Notes under the pieces: generated by a model
What the model saw: only the letters and a program-made list of their open reading frames with translations
Databases searched by the model: none
What the model was told of the DNA's origin: nothing
Program-made: the position numbers and the translations under genes
Assembly: GCA_951406725.2 (NCBI GenBank)
Contig: OX597815.1
Coordinates: 169,260,001-169,324,000 of the forward strand
Direction: 5' to 3'
From: Octopus vulgaris
Taxonomy: Eukaryota
Length of the DNA stretch: 64,000 nucleotides
Shown here: positions 56,205 to 64,000 of the stretch, piece after piece
How positions within the stretch are numbered: the stretch's first letter is position 1
Layout of the letters: each line of letters opens with the position of its first letter

Positions 56205-57132
56205 CTGTGGCAGGAGTGGTTGCTCTGAGAGTGTAGCGGTTAGAATACAAATAACCTGGGCAAAGTTCAGGGAGCTCTTACCTCTGCTGGTAACTATGGG
56301 CTGCTCGCTCAGGATGAAAAGTAGACATGTGTGCCAACTGTCTTGCTACACGGCAATGAAACATGGGCCATGACTGCTGAAGACATGTGTAGGCTAGAAA
56401 GAAATGATGCTAATGACCCACTGGATGTGTAATGTCAGGGTGCATACACGACAGAGTGTGAGTGCTCTGAGAGAAAAGTTGGACATAAGAAGCATCAAAT
56501 GTGGTGTGCAAGAGAGACATCTGTGCTGGTATGGTCATGTGTTAGGTATGGGTGAGGACAGCTGTGTGAGGAAGTGCTGCACCCTAATTGTGAAAGGAAT
56601 CTGTGGAAGAGGTAAGACATAGGATGAAATGGTAAAGCATGACCTTTGAAAATTGGCCCTCAGGGGGCAATGATGGGAGTCCAAGACCTTTAGAGATATG
56701 CTGTGATTGAGAATACCTGGCAACTAAAGTGAGATCACAGTCATGGCCAATGCCAGTGTTGCATGTCCGGCGCATTTAAAAGTACACTTGATACATCAGG
56801 CAATATGATCTGCTTGAGAAAACATGTTGAGTCAAATAAAACCAATATCGTAGCTGAGGCAGGTGCCCTTTGGTTGGATTCAATGCTACTGGCAAGTAAA
56901 ATGCACCATCTGAACATGGTCGATGCCAGTGCTGCCGGACTAGCTCCGGTGCTAGTGGCACATAAAATTCACCAACTGAATGTGGTCGATGTGGATGCCT
57001 CCTGACTGGCTCCTGTGGTAGTGGCATGTAAAAAGAACTATGCAAATGTGACCAATGTGAGGGCCACCTCACTGGCTCTTATACCGGTGGCAGTTAAAAA
57101 CCACCCACTACATTCTCGGAGTGGTTGGCATT
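56205..57132 (+). mobile_element. 5'-truncated RTE-clade LINE (end of ORF plus 3' UTR)
   Basis: Remnants WAKFRELLPLL, LLHGNETWA, LREKLDIRSI..VQERHLCWYGHV and GICGRGK. The UTR has repeated TGGCA.GTAAAA.GCACC units and runs into CACCCACTACATTCTCGGAGTGGTTGGC, the tail seen in many short copies. Confidence 0.8.
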
Positions 57133-57134
57133 AC

Positions 57135-57254
57135 ATAAATATAAGTATATATATACATATATACACATACACACACGTATATATATACCATATATACATA
57201 TATATATACCATATATACATGCACATACATACATACATATACACACACATACAT

Positions 57255-57287
<33 letters not shown>

Positions 57288-57454
57288 CACATACATGCAC
57301 ATACATACATATACACACACATATATATATATACACACAAATATACATACATGCACATACATACATATACACACACATATACACACACACACATATATAT
57401 ACACACACACATATATACATACATGCACATACATACACACACACACATACATAC

Positions 57455-57487
<33 letters not shown>
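57135..57487. repeat. Compound (CA)/(TA)/(TACA) microsatellite
   Basis: Directly visible. Confidence 0.95.
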
Positions 57488-57720
57488 CATCATCATCGTT
57501 TAACGTCCGCTTTCCATGCTAGCATGGGTTGGACGATTTTGACTGACGGCTGGTGAACCAGATGGCCGCACCAGGTTCCAATCTTGATCTGGCAGAGTTT
57601 CTACACCTGGATGTCCTTCCTAACACCAACCACTCCGACAGTGTAGTGGGTGCTTCTTAGATGCCACTGGCACAGGTGCCAGTAAGTCGACGTTGGCAAC
57701 GATCACGCTTGAATTGTGCC
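57488..57720 (-). mobile_element. RTE 3'-tail fragment facing the 56205-57132 copy tail-to-tail
   Basis: CATCATCATCGTTTAACGTCCGCTTTCCATGCTAGCATGGG...CCACTCCGACAGTGTAGTGGGTGC. Confidence 0.85.
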
Positions 57721-59640
<1,920 letters not shown>

Positions 59641-59641
59641 A

Positions 59642-60877
59642 CAGGGTATGTAAGGTATTTGAGGATATATCATTTGGGGTCATTGCTGCATTTTTTGCTA
59701 ACTCTGTATAATGTTTGTTTCAGAAAATAATAATGGCAGACCCTCAGCTTTCTCAAGAAATGAAGAAGTATGCTGTTATTGTGGTTATAAAGGCTGAGCA
59801 TAGCAATTTAGAAATATCTTGATTGTTAAAAGTTACCAGATCTTTCATCTACAAAATTTGTAAATAGCTAGAGACTGAAGATGGAAGTGCATCACCAGTA
59901 TCAAAGCATAAAAAGCATTGTAAATACTCTGAAATCATCAGAATACCTGAATTTACCCAGCAAGTTCAACAGACCTTTCATTACAATCCCAGAAGTCAAT
60001 TGCAAAAGATCTCAATGCGTCAGAAGGAACAGTTAGAAATGTTGTCCACAAAGATATCAGATAGAAGTCTTATATGATAAGGAAAGGTCAATTTGTCATA
60101 AAACGTGAAAGAAAATCACTACATTAGATCTAAAAGGCTCTTAAACAAACTGAAAAATCCAGCAGCAGAAGATTTGATTTGGTTTTTCTCAAATTATTAA
60201 AACTTTGACCAAGATCAAAAAATTAACAGAAGAAATTGCAGATGGTTATGTGCAGACCCTTCTGAAGTTCCAAGTGCTATGCATACAAAATTTCCTGCAA
60301 TTGTCATGGTTTTAGGGGTTGTCAGCAATGAAGGACATGTGATGCCTCCTTAATTATTTCCACAAGGCCTTAGAGTTAATTCTGTTGCCTATATTGAGGT
60401 TCTGGAAATAATTGTTAAGCCCTGGAGAGATAGTGTATGCAATGGAAGGCCATGTGTTTTAGTAAGACTCTGCACTATCACAGATGGCTCTATTAACACA
60501 AGAATGGATGGCTGAAAATTTTCATGATCACATAACCCCTAATATTTGGCCTCGTAATTCTTCTGATCTCAATCCATTGGACTATTTCATGTGGAGAGTT
60601 GTTGAGAGAGAAGTCAATGAACACACCCATAGCACCAAAGATTATTTGAAAGCTGCCATAGTCAGAGTAACGTCTAAAATGAACCAGGACCACTTGATTT
60701 GAGCATATAGATAACTTTGATCTCATATAGGAGCAGTTGTTGAAGCTGAAGGTGGCTTTATTGAAGAAGGTTTATTTTTATCCTCATAGCATTTTTTGAT
60801 AAATAAAGTTATCTGTTATTATATAGCTGTTTTTTTTTATGAACATAAAGCTATCCTCAGATATCTTACACACCCTG
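59642..60877 (+). mobile_element. Full-length degenerate Tc1/mariner-superfamily DNA transposon, DD37D (maT) family
   Basis: 26-bp imperfect TIRs: CAGGGTATGTAAGGTATTTGAGGATA at left and reverse complement CAGGGTGTGTAAGATATCTGAGGATA at right. TA on both flanks (59640-59641, 60878-60879). 1236 bp with an internal transposase remnant. Confidence 0.93.
59733..60766 (+). pseudogene. Inactivated DD37D transposase (several stops and frameshifts)
   Basis: MADPQLSQEMKK... then HTH-like IAKDLNASEGTVRNVV, then WFFS.., VMVLGVVSNEG, DSA...WPRNSSDLNPLDYFMW and AVVEAEGGFIE. 37 residues lie between the second (DSA) and third (NPLD) catalytic Asp. Confidence 0.9.
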
Positions 60878-61336
60878 TAGATAATACATAATATATATAA
60901 TATATAATATATATGCCTTCTGGCTTGCCAGTCTTCAGTGAAACCGTGCAACCCATGCCAGCATGGAAAGCGGAAGTTAAATGACAATGCTGATGATATC
61001 ATATATATCTATATACATTATATCATACATATGTCATGATATGGCATCATATCATGGCTTTTTCCAAGTCAACAAATGCCAAAGAAGGGTGGTTTACTTT
61101 TAGCCAAATAATTCTTCTGTAGTTGTCTCACTATGAAGATTGCATCTGTGGTACATCTGCCGGGCATGAAGCCAAACAGTATATCATCCAGGATGACTGT
61201 GTCTCAGATCAATTGTGCTAGGACTTATGACCTTTATATAAGTAAAGAACAAACTTTCAATAGACTTGGGTCTAATAAAATGCACTTTTTTCATTACTAT
61301 CTGGTCTAATGGAAGAAATCAGATGACCACGGATAT

Positions 61337-61427
61337 GAGTTCACATTGGAGCCTGACATAGACCTGTGGATCACTGGATCCTGTCAAACCATCCAACCCA
61401 TGTCAGAATGGAAAACGGACATTAAAT
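61337..61427 (+). repeat. ~90-bp near-identical direct copy of 62639-62729
   Basis: GAGTTCACA(T/C)TGGAGCCTGACATAGACCTGTGGATCACTGGATCCTGTCAAACCATCCAACCCATGTCAGAATGGAAAAC(G/A)GACATTAAAT; 2 mismatches. Confidence 0.9.
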
Positions 61428-62876
61428 ATATTTTTCTGAAATATAATTAATAGTTATTAATCTGTGCAATAAAGACCTATCATTAAATACTTCTGGAGCT
61501 TAATGTGTCACAGACTAGAGGTGTAAGATACCAGGGAACCAAACCAAATGACCTGTTTCTAATTTATCTTTGAAAAATTATCCATAGTAATTAATCACAG
61601 CATCCTTTTATACACACAGCTGTAGCTTGTTGAGACAGTTGTCACATCTGAATTGGAATGTTTATTTATATTTTTTTTTGTGGGGTGGGGGAAGAAATGG
61701 AAGGGACATTTATGTTTTATCATCTGTTTAGTCTTATGTGAAGTCGGGGGGGGGGGGGGGTGATCAGAAAAATAGTTGAACAAAGAAATATTCAGAGAGA
61801 GAGAGACTTAAGTGACTTTATCATTGAACAGAATGAGACATGCAAAAGAATAAATAAACTCCTTGTTTTCAGCCACCTCACAGTGCTAATAATAAATAGA
61901 TAAAATACACACAAAGCTTATAAGTTAAAAAAAAGAAAATTATATTATAATAAAAACAAACAAAACCTTATAAAAATGGCAGTTATCTAGCTTTTAAAAC
62001 TGTTGCTCACCTGAACTTATATTTTCTTTTGTCAATTGTCATTAACATTAAACAAAGTATACGTGACCTTTAATTGCTTAAAATACATGGGGGTTGTTGT
62101 TGGAGAGAGAACAAAGAAATACTTAAAACATTACTGTAAAGTCAGATTTGCTTTGAGAGGCTAATTCTGTAAAACAACTAAATCAATGCAGGAAAATAAA
62201 TCTAGTAACAGGTTGTCATTAATGTTGATTGTATGAGCTTAGTCTATTTCATCTCTGCTTGAGCAACCCAATAGTATAGAGGTAAGTTGTTTAAAGGAAG
62301 TATTTTATGTTTTATTGTGAAAAGTATTGTTTCAAACATTAGGGACCTAAAACATATGGTCTTGTGGTTTCCATTTGTGCTCATTGAAAGACTCTTTGAA
62401 AGATCAAGCACAGTGACAGCACTAACTTCCTTACTAGTTTATGCAGACACCAACACTTTGATATGTGTGAAGAAATGCACTACATTCAGATTTGAGAACT
62501 TAAAGCACATGTGCACATGCACGCGTGAGTGCGCACACACACACATTAGTGCTGGTGGAACGAAAAATAAACAACACCCAGCACACACTGTAAAGTAGTT
62601 GGTGTTAGGAAGGGCATCCGGTCATAGAAACTATGCCAGAGTTCACACTGGAGCCTGACATAGACCTGTGGATCACTGGATCCTGTCAAACCATCCAACC
62701 CATGTCAGAATGGAAAACAGACATTAAATCATGATGATGATAACAGTGTGTGTGTGTGTGTGTGTGTGTGCATATCTATATACATATGTTGTCTTTTGGG
62801 AAGACTTATGTTTTTCAAAAAGGAACAACATAAATTTGAGGAATGAATACATTGCAATCAAAAGGAACACTATATA

Positions 62877-63107
62877 TTTCTTTATTGCCTAAAAGGGGCT
62901 AAACATAGAGGGGACAAACAAGCACAGACAAAGGGATTAAGTCGATTACATCAACCCCAGTGCGTAACAGGTACTTTATTTATTGACCCCGAAAGGATGG
63001 AAGGCAAAGTCGACCTCGGCGGAATTTGAACTCAGAACATAATGGCAGACGAAATACTGCTAAGCATTGCCCCCGCCGTGCTAACGTTTCTGCCAGCTCG
63101 CTGCCTT
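62877..63107 (-). mobile_element. SINE type A, full length with 20-bp TSD
   Basis: Reverse complement of the 22410 family. TSD ATCAAAAGGAACA(C/A)TATATA at 62857-62876 and 63108-63127. Confidence 0.9.
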
Positions 63108-63780
63108 ATCAAAAGGAACAATATATACAGAAGAAAGTTTAAATTAGCATTGGTGGCTATCTATGAAATGTAACATGGTTAGTTAAATCTCCAGTTGCAT
63201 CCCAACCCAAGTTGGATTATGGGTTGGGATTAGGGGAGTAGGTGTGAGAAGAATAAAAGCTTAAGTACTATCAATTTAGATTAAAATCCAGAAATACCTA
63301 CTATAAGTAAGTGTCATATGTATGACAGCAGATTGCAGTTACTATAGTGAGGTGCAGTAATGTCTGTAAATAGAACTAAATATACAAGTATGATGTTGTG
63401 TATGGTATGAAATTTGAGCAATGATATATGAAGCTAATTATAGAAGAGTGGTAATGTTTAAAAAATCAGGAAGAAAAATTAAGACCTGCAAATTTGTTTC
63501 TTCATACATGTTAGTGCATGTTAAATCCAGGAATGTAACAATAATGTGCAAAACTTGATTTACATTATGTAGAACAGGGGTTTTCAAACAGTTTTTATCA
63601 AGGGACCACTTTGATTACTATTTTATTCTGGTGGACCCTGTTTGTTTAAGAAAACGTATTTTCCAGAAACTTCTTTCAAAATTCCTAATTTAATTTTCAC
63701 ACATCAACTTGTGCATGTTGAACTATGTAGAATGTAATAGAAAGAAACCTAGCTGTTTCTTGCAATGCATACCAATTCAT

Positions 63781-64000
63781 GTGGAGGCACATGGCCTAGT
63801 GGTTAGAGCAGCAGACTCGCGGTCGAGGGATCGCGGGTTCGAATCTCAGACTGGGCGATGTGTGCGTTTATAAGTGAAAACCCCTAAGCTCCACGCAGCT
63901 CCGGCAGAAGGTAATGGCGAACTTCTACTGACTTTTTTGCCACAACTTTCTCTCACTCTTTCCTCCTGCATCTTGCAGCTCACCTGCGATGGACCGGCGT
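63781..64000 (+). mobile_element. SINE type C, cut by the window end
   Basis: GTGGAGGCACATGGCCTAGTGGTTAGAGC...GGGTTCGAATCTCAGAC, closely similar to 32815. Confidence 0.9.

Noticed and set aside
63199-63230. Small hairpin ATCCCAACCCA...TGGGTTGGGAT
   Set aside because: 11-bp stem only, no other copy or context; could be chance or a tiny TE scar.

Overview
AT-rich, repeat-dense animal genomic DNA. The SINE, RTE and MITE families resemble those I recall from Octopus (coleoid cephalopod); this is inference from repeat content. Nearly all ORFs in the supplied track are microsatellite or repeat artefacts. The one well-supported host coding sequence is a 231-bp minus-strand exon (13544-13774) of a TBC1D12/TBC1D14-type Rab-GAP gene, so most of the window is probably its very large introns, with a few candidate upstream micro-exons. 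The rest is three tRNA-derived SINE types, RTE and CR1/L2-like LINE fragments, a complete but decayed DD37D (maT) Tc1/mariner element, TTAA-flanked piggyBac-type MITEs, hAT-like ends and long microsatellites. Two structures stand out. One is a ~2.68-kb spacer-less palindrome (27947-30630) centred on (AT)18 and bounded on the left by a second TA tract. The other is a ~550-bp cluster of three minimal type-I hammerhead-ribozyme-like motifs (35627-36176) of the Penelope-like-element kind, two of them head-to-head in a 163-bp hairpin. All coordinates and alignments were read by eye.
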